In this document: positions 1-12,500 of the stretch, one piece after another
How the letters are laid out: each line of letters begins with the position of its first letter
Numbering within the stretch: the first letter of the stretch is position 1
Assembly (NCBI GenBank): GCA_965649765.1
Contig: OZ287752.1
Span: 41,168,001-41,232,000, forward strand
Source of the DNA: Bispira polyomma
Lineage: Eukaryota
Length of the DNA: 64,000 bases
Reading direction: 5' to 3'
Translations under genes and position numbers: made by a program
The notes under the pieces: generated by a model
Seen by the model: only the letters and a program-made list of their open reading frames with translations
Databases searched by the model: none
Told to the model about the DNA's origin: nothing

Positions 1-138
1 TCACTATATGCTCAGGCCCCAGGCTGCACCTGATAACAATACATCTGACACCCCTCAGTTTGGCCAGGTCAATTTCTTCCAACCAATCCATAAAGGCCTT
101 ACATATTTTCTAAGAGTGAAACAAATATCAGGCTAGTG

Positions 139-1299
139 CAGTGTGCGAAATTCCCGGTGGCCCTGTGCCACCACTTTATGGGAAGGGCCACTTCCTTTCA
201 AATTCCGGTGGCCCGTTTGGCCACCTCCTTTGTCTCCTTTTTTTTTGCTACACACACTAACAGTATAATTTGGGTACCAGAGTGTTCCATTTTTCTTCGG
301 TATGCATGCGCAGACAAAACTTTACCGTGAAACTTTTTTATTTTATTGAAAAGCAAGGATATGGATGAGAACCCCTCTTATTGTTAAATAAAATGAAGAT
401 TTTATATATTTGTAAGTAGTTTTGTATGTGATCTTTATATTTTCTAATTAAAAGCAAATTTTACGCATATTTTACTAACTTCATCTATTATCACCCAGTG
501 CTCTCACCGCTAACCGACTAGCTTCGTCTTTGCTAGTGCTTTAATTTTCGAATTTTTACCCTATCTTGTGGCCCTTTCTTTTGGGTTAAATAACTGGACT
601 TGCTTTAATTTTATATTTCGAATTCAGTCCAAATTCAGTGTTTTACAGTCAACTCGACACCTCTTGTCCCCTCATTCCAAATAAATAAGAGGGGCTGATA
701 AATTGTCGGCCCATCTTGTGGCCCTCTCTTTGGGGTTAAATAACTGGGCTTGCTTTAATTTTAAATTTCGAATTCAGTGCAAATCTAGTGTTTCACAGTC
801 AACTCGATCTCTCTGGCCCCCTCATTCAAAATAAATATATAAATAAATAAATTTTTGGCCCATCTTGATTCTTTTTGGGTTAAATAATTGGGCTTGCTTT
901 GATTAAAATTTCAATTCAGTGCAAATTTAGTATCTCACAGTCAACTCGACCCCTCTGGCCCCCTTATTTGAAATAAATATATAAATAAATATATTTTCGG
1001 CCAATCTTGTGGCCTCTCTTTGGGGATAAATAATTGGGCTTGCTTATTTTTAAAATTTCGAATTCAGTGCAAATTCAGTTTTTCACAGTCAACTCGACCC
1101 CTCTGGCCCCCTCATTGAAAATAAACATACAATCTATATAAATAAATAAATAAATAAATATATTTTTGGCCCATCCCGTGGCCCTCACTTTGGGGTTAAA
1201 TGACTGGGCTTGCCTAATTATTAAATTTCAAATTCAGTGTTTTTACAGTCAACTCGACCCAAAGGGCCACCACACTTTTTCCGCGAAGTTCACACACTG
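139..1299. mobile_element. Non-autonomous hAT-type DNA transposon carrying an internal ~150-bp tandem array
   Basis: Imperfect TIRs CAGTGTGCGAAATTCCCGG / CCGCGAAGTTCACACACTG; perfect 8-bp TSD GGCTAGTG at 131-138 and 1300-1307. Confidence 0.88.
560..1262. repeat. ~150-bp tandem repeat, about 5 copies
   Basis: Unit cccatcttgtggccct...gggcttgcttt...aattcagtgcaaat...cagtcaactcgaccc starts near 561, 710, 859, 1000 and 1169. Confidence 0.9.
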
Positions 1300-1426
1300 G
1301 GCTAGTGTGATAAAAAGGCCAAAACTTCCACATTATAACCTAATTACATGACCCTTTAAAGATTTAACTTGCCCATCACAAAAAGCATGTGCAATAATAT
1401 ACTGAAGTAGTTTAGTGTGAAATATA

Positions 1427-1943
1427 CTGGTTCCGCTCTCCATCTCGCCCATGTTTGTGTAAACGCCCACCCCCAACTTTTCAAATATATGGAAAATGGC
1501 CAATTAATTTTGCAAAAAACATATCATATAACAACAAATACCATTTAAGAAACTATCAAAAATCGATGTTTTTATATGCAAAACTTTGTAAAACATCCCA
1601 GTTTAAGGTAACTTGGTCATATAAACAGCCATCATTTGGGCTTTCTGTGTACACTAACAATGGTGACGTTTTATCACCTGGGAGCACCTGTAATTTCCGG
1701 TACACATTTGGAGATAAAAACAACAAAATGGGGCTGTTTTTCGCAAGAAATTGTATGGATTTGTTGATTATTCTATTTCACAGATAAAATAGGTGATTTT
1801 GATGTACTTTGTCATTTTATAGTGTTATACGGATTGAAGCAAAAAACGAGTTTGCGTAACGGCACATTCTCGCAAACGCCCACCCCCGACTTCTTTGAAT
1901 TTTCATCGTTTTTGCCCCTGGGCGCTTCCGAGTGGGGAACCGG
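1427..1943. mobile_element. Tc1/mariner-type MITE
   Basis: TA|CTGGTTCCGCTCTC ... GAGTGGGGAACCGG|TA imperfect TIRs with TA TSD; internal aaacgcccaccccc occurs twice. Confidence 0.65.
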
Positions 1944-2003
1944 TAATCACATGATACTTTTTTCTGGCATTCATTTTGAGTTATGAAGTTATCATATACA
2001 AAC

Positions 2004-2151
2004 CTGCTTTAGCCATACGTACAGCACACTCCCCAGTAGAAACACCAGCCAGATCAGAGATAGGTCCAATACACATGCTGGCTGCTACTGGAAGCTTGGA
2101 CTCTTTGGCCACTTCAATCGCCCATTCCATTTCCTCCACAAAAGCAAAATA
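2004..2151 (-). CDS. BHMT: BHMT copy A coding exon 4 (148 nt)
   Basis: [49 protein letters not shown]; AG/GT flanks. Confidence 0.92.
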
Positions 2152-5100
2152 CTAACGGGAAAAAAGAATAAAAAATATAAGAAAAATTGTTACCATATAC
2201 TATACACAGTAGAACCTCTATTATTGGAACATGTTATGAGAGGGCAAGATTATGATTTTTGGATAATAGAAGGTTCATAGTATAGAAGCATTTCTGTATA
2301 AACAATAGAAAACTTAAATTTGGAAGAGTGGAAAATAAGTTCATAAAATTGAATATTCTGATGACAGAAGTTTGGCTAGTAGAGGTTCTACTGTACCTAT
2401 AAATGAAGTCAATAATACAAAACTAGAGAAACACAACATTTGCATTAGATGTACAGTGAAGCCATGTTAAAATGTGTTCTACTTAATAGAGTTTTTATTT
2501 AACAGGGTAAATTTTACTTAGCAATATAGTAATAGGATGTTAAATTAACTTCTACTTAAGAGGTAGTTCCAGTTATTAGAGTTCTACTTAAAGGGGTTTG
2601 ACAGTATTCTCTCTTTTAGAGTCATGTATCAATACTCAGGTAGAGACGTATGACATTAAAAGGATATAAACTCAACTTTGGGGGCCATTATTATTAAAAA
2701 TTACAAACTTGTTACAGATAAGCATAGCAAGAAGCAAGAGTGTTTACTTGAGGATGAAATCACCACTAGTGCTTATAATTAACAAAAATGTTGCGTAACA
2801 ATCTTATAAACATGATGTTCAACTTGAAAGTAATTTTATACAAGAGGAAAGTGACCTTGCGGTCACAAATCTTGGAGACATGTATCTATTTTTCAAGCTG
2901 TCTACCTAAGAGTAAACCAATATTATCTGTCAATGCATAAGTTACAACCAAAAAAATATCTGTCTACCTGTCTACCTATGACCTAAAATACAATTGTCAA
3001 TATATAAGTTACAAAAAAGGAAATTATTAGACAACCTATTTAAATATTAAAAAAATATTATCTGTCTACCTGTCAACTTGTCAACCTGTCTACCTAAAAG
3101 TAAAAAGAAATTAATCAACTGTCTATCTGTCGACATATCCACATGTAACCTGACAGGTTGACAAGTTAAAAATTTTTTTGATTGAAGGTAACTTTTAATG
3201 GTTTAGGATTAGGGTTTAGGGGAGTTAGCCATCATTCTTTAGCCTAGATATCTCTTACACTTAAAGTTAGGGTTTAGGGGAGTTAGCCATCATTCATTAG
3301 CCTAGATATCTCTTACACTTAAAGTTAGGGTTTAGGGGAGTTAGCCATCATTCTTTAGCCTAAATATCTGTTACACATAAAGTTAGATATAATCCCCTAA
3401 CCCCTTAAGCCTAAAATAATTTCGACCTGACAGCTTATCTTTCGTAAAAAATGAAAAAATTAGTCTACCTGTCGACCTAACTACCTGTCCAACTGAAAAA
3501 AATTAAATTTCTACCTGTCAGCCTGTCTACCTAATTTTTTTTTTTGTTAACCTGTCGACCTGTCTACCTAGAAAAATATTTGTTTTTTTTTGTCAACCTG
3601 TCGACCTGTCTACCTAGAAAAAAAATACTATTTTTTTTTGGTCAACCTGGGGAAAAAAACATATATACATGTATATATAATAGGATCTATATTTCAATTT
3701 ATTTATATATATCCCTACTGGTACATGGAAATAAATGTAATCATACAAATGAGGGGGAATACTAGACTTCTTCAGATATCCCAATATAGTGTCTGAAAGC
3801 AATATATTGCTATACGAAATTTAAAAGCAAGTACAGTATTTTCACAATAAATCCTTTAATGTCGCCCACTTCCGGGTCGCGTTTTAAACGAAACCTCGCC
3901 TCGTGTGTTAAATAAAAGATATTATAGTGAGGGAGGAAGTTCTGAAAGACGAGTACCCCCATAAAACGCCCCAAATATGATAATAATAATAATATATCAG
4001 ACTTTTTTAGCGCTTACTTTCGTTGTAATGAATTCTAAGGCGCAAAAAAACCAGAGCCAGAGTCGAAAAACATAGGTGATAGACAGAAGGAAGTCGTCAT
4101 CAATGCGTCCACCGTGAATGGGAAAGAGACTATGGAGGGAATGCATCATTGAAAAGATAGGTCTTTAAACTGCGCCAGAAGGAATACAGGGACGGAGCTG
4201 TCCTAATGTGTTGAGGCAAACTATTCCATAGGGTAGGGGCATCATTTGCAAAACTTTTATCAAAGTGAACCTTTGACCTGTGTACTTGGGACTTATATTT
4301 TGGAACAAGAAGGAATCTATTTTTAGGAGCGGTTCTCCTGGTATTGACATTGCACTTGTAATAACTCAAGTGTGGTTCAAAGTATTTAGGCAAACCTGAA
4401 TCAAGAAATTTATACACTATTGTAGCAGTTTTAAAAACACACCGATACCTAACAGGGAGCCAGTGGGGTGACTTCAGAATCGGTGAAGCATTTGAAAGCT
4501 GAGCAGAACAACTGACCAGACGTGCCAATGAGTTCTAGATGCATTGCAATTTCTTTAGGTCCTTTTTGGTCAAGCTGCGATACAGTGAATTTCAGTAGTC
4601 CAGTCTGCTACCAACCAGAGTATTTGCTGCAGTTATTAAAACCGATTTTGGAAGGTACCTCCTGATTCTCCTAAGGTCTCTGAGACCCATGAAGCATGAC
4701 TTACACACTGATTGGATATGACTGAAAAATGAAAAATCAATGTCAAACAATACTCCTAGGTTCCTCACTTTATCAGTTGGGAATAACAGTGTCCCAAGAA
4801 TGTTTGCAGGAAAAGAATTTGACAGTTCAGCACGTTGAGTGCCCGACCCAAAAAATATGAATTCGGTTTTAGAAGGATTCAGCTTGAGCTTATTTAGCGC
4901 CATCCAATTTTGAACATCTGCTAAGATGATAATGTAGGCGAAAATAGACAAAATATAGGCGAAAATAGAAGGAGTCCACAGACTTTGCCTGTGTTAATAA
5001 AATATATTCTAGCGAGATAGGAAGTTTTGAAAGCCGAGTACTCAACCGAAATTCTCCAAAAGTGATGAGAACGTAAGTGATTTACAAGCCGCTCGTGTCA

Positions 5101-5327
5101 AATAAAATACACGAAAAGTGATGACGTCAACACAGAAATGCTAGTACCGAGTATCTGAAATACTTAAAAATAAAAAAAAGACTGTAGTGTGGCGCTGTCT
5201 AGCTGTTGAGACCAAAGTTAAAAGGCGTGCGTTCTCGCAAGCTAGAAGCATAATATAAAGAAATGGATTTTCCCATCAGTATGGGTGTATATATATATTG
5301 TATATATATCCCAAACCCTAGTCTTTG

Positions 5328-5366
<39 letters not shown>

Positions 5367-8300
5367 CATTGAAACCTACGAATCTGACTGGCCCCACGAA
5401 AAATGGACATAACAAAATATGTGGTAATTGCGAGGTCAAATGTTAAATCTTATTTTACAAACAAAATAAAAAAATAAATAGATATATTAAGACTTCTGAC
5501 TCGTCCTTAGGACCAACCACATATAACTGCCAAAAAACGGACTTAAAATAATGGACGAAACTGGTAGAAAGTGCTGTTTACAGACCAAAAACATCTTCTC
5601 AATACATGATCTTAATTCTTAACACCAAACCTTAAGGATAACCCTATACAGTTAATGCTGCTATAGTCGATATGGGAACCCAACTGCCTTAATTCTGTGT
5701 CAGAATATTTCACCTTTATTTTTAGACCTAATTTCAATATGGCTGTGCCTTGTCCTGTACATTCTAAAATTTAACTGAGAATAGACTAGATGTTTTGTTC
5801 TTACCTCACATATAACAAAGTCTACATCACACTGTTTGAAGAAGTTGACCTGTTTCCTGAACTCCTCTTGTACCAGCTTTTTGTCTTTGTTTGCCCGGTA
5901 CACGGGAGTCTCACTCAGACTGACTGACACCAAGGCATCTCCTTCCTGGGCAACTTCTCTGGCAATACGACAGGCGGCTAGATTAAGGTCTCCAGCCTAC
6001 ATAGTATATATTAAAGATATTGAGTCAAACTCCCTGCCTGTAGAACTTATAATGGGAGAAACATTTGTAGCTCCACAACAGCCTTTACTTTTAAAGCCCG
6101 CCTCTGCAATAGTACTGTCCTATTATTAAAAGACCTCTGGGATCTGCTGGCGTAGGTTCGACTATCGTCGATGCCTATGTGGGAAAGGTGGTAGTTCCTT
6201 ACTGTTAGCCACTGGTTTCGGTGTAGAATCTTGATCAACTGTATGCAGTGTTTCCTCCAGTGTTTCAAACTACCCGTCCCAATAAAACCTAAACAGGTAC
6301 TAAAGTGGACGTTAAATATCCCAATTCAATTCAATTCCTATTATTATATCATTAAAGAGATATATTGTAAGTACACAGCTGAAAACTGCATTGATATCTG
6401 CTTCCCAAAAAACAACCTGTGATTTTACTGATATAACAATTTATATGTATTTTTCTCCAAATCACATGTGTAAAATGTGGTCTGTATTATGTAATAACAC
6501 TTAAGAAATGCATATATAAACACATGGCATCAGTGTCTAACACAAATTAGATTTAAAAATCACACCCCTTTTAAAATATTTACCAGAGATGACCACAAAG
6601 TGTCTTAAATAAGACTCTCAATACCACCAATTACTGACAGAATAGAGGGCTGCAGTGGCCCAGTCGTTAGAAGTCTCCCTGCTTCACAATCACTGGCCTC
6701 TCACTAAATTAAATGTGGGTTCAAATCCAGATTGTTCCTTTATGTGGTAAAGTTTGTCAGGTACTTGCCTGTAGGTCGGTGGTTTATTGTGCTTCATCAC
6801 TGGTTTCTTTCACCATTTAATCTGGCCATGGTAATATGCTTTCTATTATTAAAACAAAATAAGAACGTTTCTACAGTATAAAGATTTGACCACTTTCCAA
6901 CCCATGATGTTGTAACATTTAAAAACAACAAAATCTGTGTATCTGTTGGTATTTTTAAGTTCAAAGCAACCTAAATATGACATTGCAACAGCGTGAACAT
7001 ATCCATATACATACATTCACATAACAATGTAAATGATATGATTGACATCATTTAAGAACGTACCGTCGGGTCGAGTTTCTTGCCTGTTGTTTTTTCAGTA
7101 AATTCTAGTTTGCTGTCTGTAGCATAGAAAGTGTAGGCTTGCATCACATCTGATCCGGCACGCAGGAATTCTCGGTGATATTGCTTCACTGAGAAAAAAA
7201 GCAACAGATGGTCGAAATTAATTTACAACCAATCAATATAAGAGAAGATCTGCATCAAAGTTCTGAAAGTTGTGGTTGAAAAATTGGAATGTCTAAAATT
7301 TGAATGATATGACCGTAATATCTGGGGCAAGCATTCCAATGTATATTGTGGGGCCACAGCTGTTACATGCGTAATGTACTCTTTATATAATTGATTGACA
7401 GGGGTTAACATCGCTTTCCACACATGGTATAGATCATATCAGGACGTCAAACAGTCTCACTGGTGGTGGAAATCAGCTCATACTAGTTGATCAAGATTGT
7501 GCACTGTGAACTACCAGGCATCGGCAGGTAACTGCCAACTTACCAACATAAAACCGCCACCAAGATTCAACCCATGGCCTCAGAGGTGGAAGTCTAGCGT
7601 GTTAACAATTATGCCACCATCCCCAATGTACCCTTATAACCTGAATTTAAGTAATTAGCCCAGCAAAGTTAGTAAAGCCACAAACATCCACCATGTTGTA
7701 CAAAGTATAAAAGCATTTGTGCTTCAACTATTTTTATCGAACATTTTTAACACACATTTTAGATGATATAAAATTCTAAAGCACTACAAACTTAGAAGTT
7801 GGTCATCTGATGGGATATCTTACGCACAAAATTAATGGTTTACTCCTTTGTCAATGATTTAGTGCTCCACAAAGTTCGGTCAAAATTAGTTCACTAGTTT
7901 TTGGCGGTATTTTTTTTTACCTCCTTGGTGGAGGTATACACTCCACTATACTACCCCATTAAAAAACAAGTAAACAAACTCACATTAGTTTTTGCGGAAT
8001 CCTGATAGAATGTTTATTTACTTTGATCCTTGGTGGAAGTATGCACTCCACCACATATACTACCACATTAACAAGCAAGCAAACAAACACACACAAAAAA
8101 ATCAACATACAAGGTTGGTGAAAACATAACATCAACGGCGGGGAGGTATTAATTAATCCAGTAAAATATAATCTCATAACTGTAATCAAATATATTAATA
8201 ATTTGAACTTTTTGTATACTGAGTACTACTAGTATTAGATTTGAGTTTGCCACAGTTGTTGTGTGTTATATTTGTCTCTGTGTACTAGGTAAGTGTATAA

Positions 8301-8482
8301 ATTTAAATAAATTAAATAAATAACCAACCTGCTTCCGGATGCTCATACACACACTCTGGCGTCCAGGGCCCTGCTTTGACATAACCACGTTTTTCTAGTC
8401 CAAAACAAAAGCCCCCATCACCAAGTACTGGACCCTTGGCTAGTCTCTCTAAAATACCCTTCCTTTCAGCTGACTTGGACAT
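2004..8482 (-). CDS. BHMT: BHMT-family gene copy A (5' part, exons 1-4; exons 5-8 lie beyond the left edge); most canonical paralog
   Basis: Exons 8482-8329, 7188-7064, 5996-5805, 2151-2004 with GT-AG junctions and phases 1,0,0,1. Spliced protein [76 protein letters not shown]...[20 protein letters not shown]...[11 protein letters not shown] matches the BHMT N-terminal barrel. Confidence 0.93.
2207..2393. mobile_element. pogo/Tigger-like MITE
   Basis: TIRs CAGTAGAACCTCTA / TAGAGGTTCTACTG followed by TA. Confidence 0.75.
2454..2604. mobile_element. Degenerate pogo/Tigger-like MITE
   Basis: TA|CAGTGAAGCCATGTTAA ... TTAAAGGGGTTTGACAG|TA. Confidence 0.5.
3209..3382. repeat. 58-bp tandem repeat x3 inside a degenerate (ctgtc/acct)-rich repeat region ~2895-3650
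   Basis: ttagggtttaggggagttagccatcattctttagcctagatatctcttacacttaaag starts at 3209, 3267 and 3325. Confidence 0.9.
3980..4951 (-). mobile_element. 5'-truncated L2/CR1-clade LINE (RT C-terminus and 3' tail)
   Basis: ORFs 4592-4951 ([30 protein letters not shown]) and 4130-4528 (HWLP, LWNSLP, LKTYLF); (att)n tail near 3980. Confidence 0.88.
5329..5364. repeat. (TA)n microsatellite
   Basis: Direct observation. Confidence 0.95.
5805..5996 (-). CDS. BHMT: BHMT copy A coding exon 3 (192 nt)
   Basis: [23 protein letters not shown]...DVDFVICE; AG/GT flanks. Confidence 0.92.
6129..6335 (+). mobile_element. 5'-truncated tRNA-SINE, family 1
   Basis: Homologous to 38081-38333 and 24683-24847; (aattc)n tail; 11-bp TSD TCCTATTATTA at 6118-6128 and 6336-6346. 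Confidence 0.85.
6647..6860 (+). mobile_element. tRNA-SINE with a Meta/V-like core
   Basis: Box A-like cagtggcccagtcgttag, box B-like ggtttcaaatcc; core tgtggtaaagtttgtcag...ggtcggtggttt resembles mollusc SINEs; reverse-strand relative near 60225-60400. Confidence 0.65.
7064..7188 (-). CDS. BHMT: BHMT copy A coding exon 2 (125 nt)
   Basis: [42 protein letters not shown]; ttctcag| ... |gtacgt. Confidence 0.92.
7430..7620 (-). mobile_element. Degenerate tRNA-SINE
   Basis: Reverse strand has tggtggcataattgttaac (box A) and gggttgaatc (box B), then ggtaagttggcagttacc; related pieces near 11730-11890, 12590-12705 and 35200-35365. Confidence 0.55.
8329..8482 (-). CDS. BHMT: BHMT copy A coding exon 1 (154 nt)
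   Basis: ATG at 8482; [25 protein letters not shown]; donor CAG|GTTGG. Confidence 0.92.
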
Positions 8483-8779
8483 TGTATTATATATAACCGG
8501 GGGATGGCCGACAATAAACTATATACAACACCGAAGAGTTGTTATAATATGTGTGTGAGGGGATTAATATTAACAAGATAAATGTAATATATATTCCACT
8601 CGACAAGTTATGCAACAACGTCTTCTTGCGAATGAAGCCGGCGTTCTATAGTGTACTCTCTTTGGTATAAATTAGTATCTTGTGTACCCACTCATACCAA
8701 AAAACAAAACACTAGGAGCCAAAAGGTTTGTTCAACCATAAAGTTGCATTGGATAATAGTGGGAATAAATTTCCGGCAT

Positions 8780-8945
8780 ATTATCCACCTGAACAACATA
8801 CGAGAGATCAGAAAGTTTTTAACTCAAGAAACCACAGAAATAGTAATCCATGCATTTGTTATTTTTAAGCTAAAAAAAATAACTGTCTGAAACTAACTGA
8901 AAAATGTGATAAATAAATTGCAAAAGGTTCAAAATACTGCTTGTG
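8780..8945 (+). mobile_element. Small L2/CR1 RT fragment
   Basis: IREIRKFLTQETTEIVIHAFV...KLQKVQNTA-like translation. Confidence 0.6.
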
Positions 8946-9023
8946 TTTTAATCGAGCACTAACATACTTGCAAGAAGTATGTTGGTGTTTGGGATATTAA
9001 TTTTATTCTATGTTAAAATTCTA

Positions 9024-9320
9024 CACTGATGCAATAATTAACTGGATGGGGGCACCCGATAAATTAAGTTTATGACTAGGGTAGCCAGGATTATGTTTGA
9101 CTAAGGCTACCCTAAGTTGAATTAAAATGTAAGGTCAGCCTTAACTAAGTTTTTGATAAGGCTACCATAAATTAATTGAGATGGCCTTAATCTGTGTAAG
9201 GCTACCCTAAAGTGGTTTGAGGTGACCTTAACTTTTTGGTTAAAGGTTACCCAAGAGAATTACTAGTTTAGTTTGTGATAATCTAAACTTTTATAAGGTA
9301 ACCGAAGCAAAAGTTTAAAA
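9024..9320 (+). repeat. CACTGATGCAA-ended element with degenerate taaggctaccctaa subrepeats; inverted relative at ~39300-39648
   Basis: Repeated ggctacc/ggtgacc/ggttacc motifs; the terminus cactgatgcaa is also seen reverse-complemented near 39638-39648. Confidence 0.5.
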
Positions 9321-9403
9321 TGTAAATAAAATTTTAATAATAAAAGAAAGACGCCAGGGTGGCTCTAAGTATATATATATATGTTACAGTCAATCTGTGA
9401 AAC

Positions 9404-9512
9404 CAGTCATTACGCGTAATGACTGAAACTTTCAGTCATTTCGTGTAATGACTGAAGCCACCTGTCATTACGCGTAATGACTAAAATTTTTAGTCATTTC
9501 GGGTAATGACTA
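9404..9512. repeat. 4 x 29-bp tandem palindromic repeat
   Basis: cagtcattacgcgtaatgactg-type palindromes at 9404, 9433, 9462 and 9491. Confidence 0.92.
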
Positions 9513-12500
9513 AAATTATATATATATTTATAGATACTCTATATTATATAGTGGTGTTAATTAGTCCACCCAAGACCAATTAAAACAGGGGTCAATTGCT
9601 CAAGCATAGTTTTACAAATAACTGGGAGCAATGACCCAGCTAGCCCCTGTGGGGCTACCCGGCATAGTTTCTGGCCACAAACTGTGGAATGAGCTTCCAT
9701 GTAAACTGAGAAAAATAATATGTCAAAATAAATTTAAGACTGGATGTAATATAATTGTATTTGATAGTTGTGTTTGATACTTCTCTGCATAATGTCTGTG
9801 AACAGCAGCTGAAACAAGCACCTAAAATGTATATTTTATTATGATATATTAACAAAATATGTGTGTCTAAAATATATAGGTACAATTAAGTCATATTTGA
9901 AACAAATCACCATCTTTACATACATTTAAAGTTCATTACTTGTGTTTTGGCATTGAGGTAAAAAATGTGTTCAATCAATCTTTTAACTTAATTTGTGTTC
10001 ACATCATATATAATTATATCATTTTAATTTAATAAAATGAATATTTTAAAAGTGACAGTTAAAACCCTGATTTTTGTTTCCTAGTATACAAATTTAGCAT
10101 AATAAGGCTGGCTCATGCAGACAAAACGATTATACAGGCTAAAGATTCGTCCACTTGAATGTGAACTATGACAATGAAGTTTGTCTTCAGATCTCTAATA
10201 ACAAGAAATTCAGTGCAGTGTAATGCATTTATGCTATTCTGTAATAATTTAATATACTTTCATGCACAACTGCTCAGGCTACATTTAAGCTAGTCGCATC
10301 AATTTTAGAACATAAACAAGAATAGCCTTTAAAAAGGAATATCCAAGGGAGGTGAAGATACGCTAACACTTTTGCGGGTCTATTACGGTTCTGAGAGACA
10401 TTTCAGGATTTAGTAGTAACCATCTAGCTTGGCGATTTGACCTGCTTTCTAATAAGGTCAGCTATAACGCGTTACCGAACACAAGAATCCCAGATTTTGA
10501 AAAGGTGTGTTTGCTTTTTCAATATGAAACATTGTAATTCTAGATCAATTAATTCTTTCATTTTTCTCATAAAATAAACTTCTATCAGTCCACCTATATA
10601 AGAAAAACATATTAACCATTAATATGAGATAACTATAACATTAACCAGTAACCACGATAAAACAAGATCTCTGTTTTCATAAATGTTAACAATAAATCTA
10701 CACCCCCTACATGGTTCATCTTTGACTCACCATACAACATGACAGCCCCATCTAACAATCACATTAGAAGGTGTCCAGCCAATAATGCTATCAAATATGT
10801 TTTGCCCTGCATGATATCTGTTATCCATACTCCAATGCACACTGTGTCAGATTTAGAGGATACATGAACTGGCAATAAAATTTAGATATGTTACATATAC
10901 GTCATTTGGTATGTTTGTTCTTGTAGAATTTAGCTAAAATTTGCTTTTGTAAGTCAGGTACAGTATTCACAATTTAGAACATGTACTGATGGTAATCCTA
11001 CTAAGGTACTCTTTTCCATCTTTTTGTTTGGCCCTAGACTTTCCGGGTTTTTTTTGGATATCAGCGCCTCAGACGATGTTTTAATGAATGTGGAGCTTTA
11101 TAATTTTATACTACTTTTTTATAAATAGATTATTAGTATCGAGATATCCTAAAACAGAAATAAATAAGAAAAGCTCTGCATGCATTTCTACAAAGATGAA
11201 GATACTGTCATTGAGTACAGACCTGGACATTTCTATGGTAGCATATCGCGCCAACCTAGATGTTGACTGAAACCAAGTCAAATGTAGTTAATTAGTTGAG
11301 AATCATATAAATACAGTTTTCAGGGATTTATATGTTTTTATCAAGTGTAGATCCGGCCAAACTAGCTGAGGTGTGTCAGAATAATTGTTATGAGACGAAA
11401 CCTGCCTGGGTATATAGTGGTCATATCAACGTTAGCGTTTTTCACACTGTGTGCCTATGTCTTTTAAAAAGACACCTCTTGTTATACCTGTCCTTTTATC
11501 TCTTTATACTTAAGGAATGTATTTGGATTGTACAGGATTTTTGTGCATCACACATAGGACTATAAGTGTACACTTTGTCTCAACTGTAATACAAAAGTAC
11601 ACTTAATTGAAGTCCAAGTCTTGGATTTGGCCTTTGGTTGACTATCCCTGATGCCTCACTTGTCCTTTAACAAGGTTTTGTACACTTTATATCAAATCTA
11701 GAATAAAATCTGGTCTTTATGGTTTGGACACTGTATTCGGATTTAACTTTGGGGTGGTTGGTCAAGATTTTCTTCTCTGTAAGCCAACAACCTTCGGCAA
11801 GTCTACTGCCAACTTAATGCCACACATACCCCATGGCCGAGATTTCAGCCCACGCCTTCAGATGTGGGGTGGGGGGAGTGTGTTACCAGCTTACACTATA
11901 ATAATGGTCATTAATTGGAGCATAGCATCATGTGGCAAGGTGTAAACATGCTATTTCCTACGAATGGTAACCCATTGGTTATGTATTAAGATCATGGTTG
12001 ATTATTCATCGATTCTGATGTTGGGCTTGAGAAATTGTCTGATATTAATAAGACACATCAAAAGTTTATAATATAATGATACATATATAATCAAAGTCAT
12101 ATTTTAGTTTAAGTTGGGGTAAAAGTTTTTTTTTTATTATTTTTTTTTTTATCATTTTTTTAAAAAATTTTTGTCATTAAATTGGTACGCCTGGGCGTAC
12201 TGGCGTTAATGGTAGCTACGCCCCTGAAGACACGTTAAAAGTGACGTTAAAACCTCTAACTAAATGTTACGTGAATGTAGATATAAAAAGTAAATGGAAT
12301 AATTAATAAAATACAGATTGGGACATGGAATCTATTGTTCGTGATCCAGGCATGAACTATTGCCCAAATTAGGTCGATGGGGGCATTCACTCAGTAATAA
12401 CAATTACAAATATATATAATCTAGACTAGTTTGATGTGGAGTTTTCGGATTGACAGTCACTATTCAGACAATTTGCAAACTTAATTACTTTTTTTTTCAA

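Noticed and set aside
1-130. Exon 5 of copy A at the window edge
   Set aside because: No GADIIGVNC-like translation, and the sequence matches a dispersed repeat. Exon 5 must lie outside the window.
560-1262. 150-bp repeats as CRISPR or a coding repeat
   Set aside because: Whole units are repeated, they lie inside a TIR/TSD-bounded transposon, and there is no continuous ORF.
3209-3382. Interstitial telomere
   Set aside because: There is only one TTAGGG per 58-bp unit and no (TTAGGG)n tract.
9404-9512. Palindromic repeats as a CRISPR array
   Set aside because: The linkers are only 7 bp with no unique spacers, no cas genes are present, and the context is eukaryotic.
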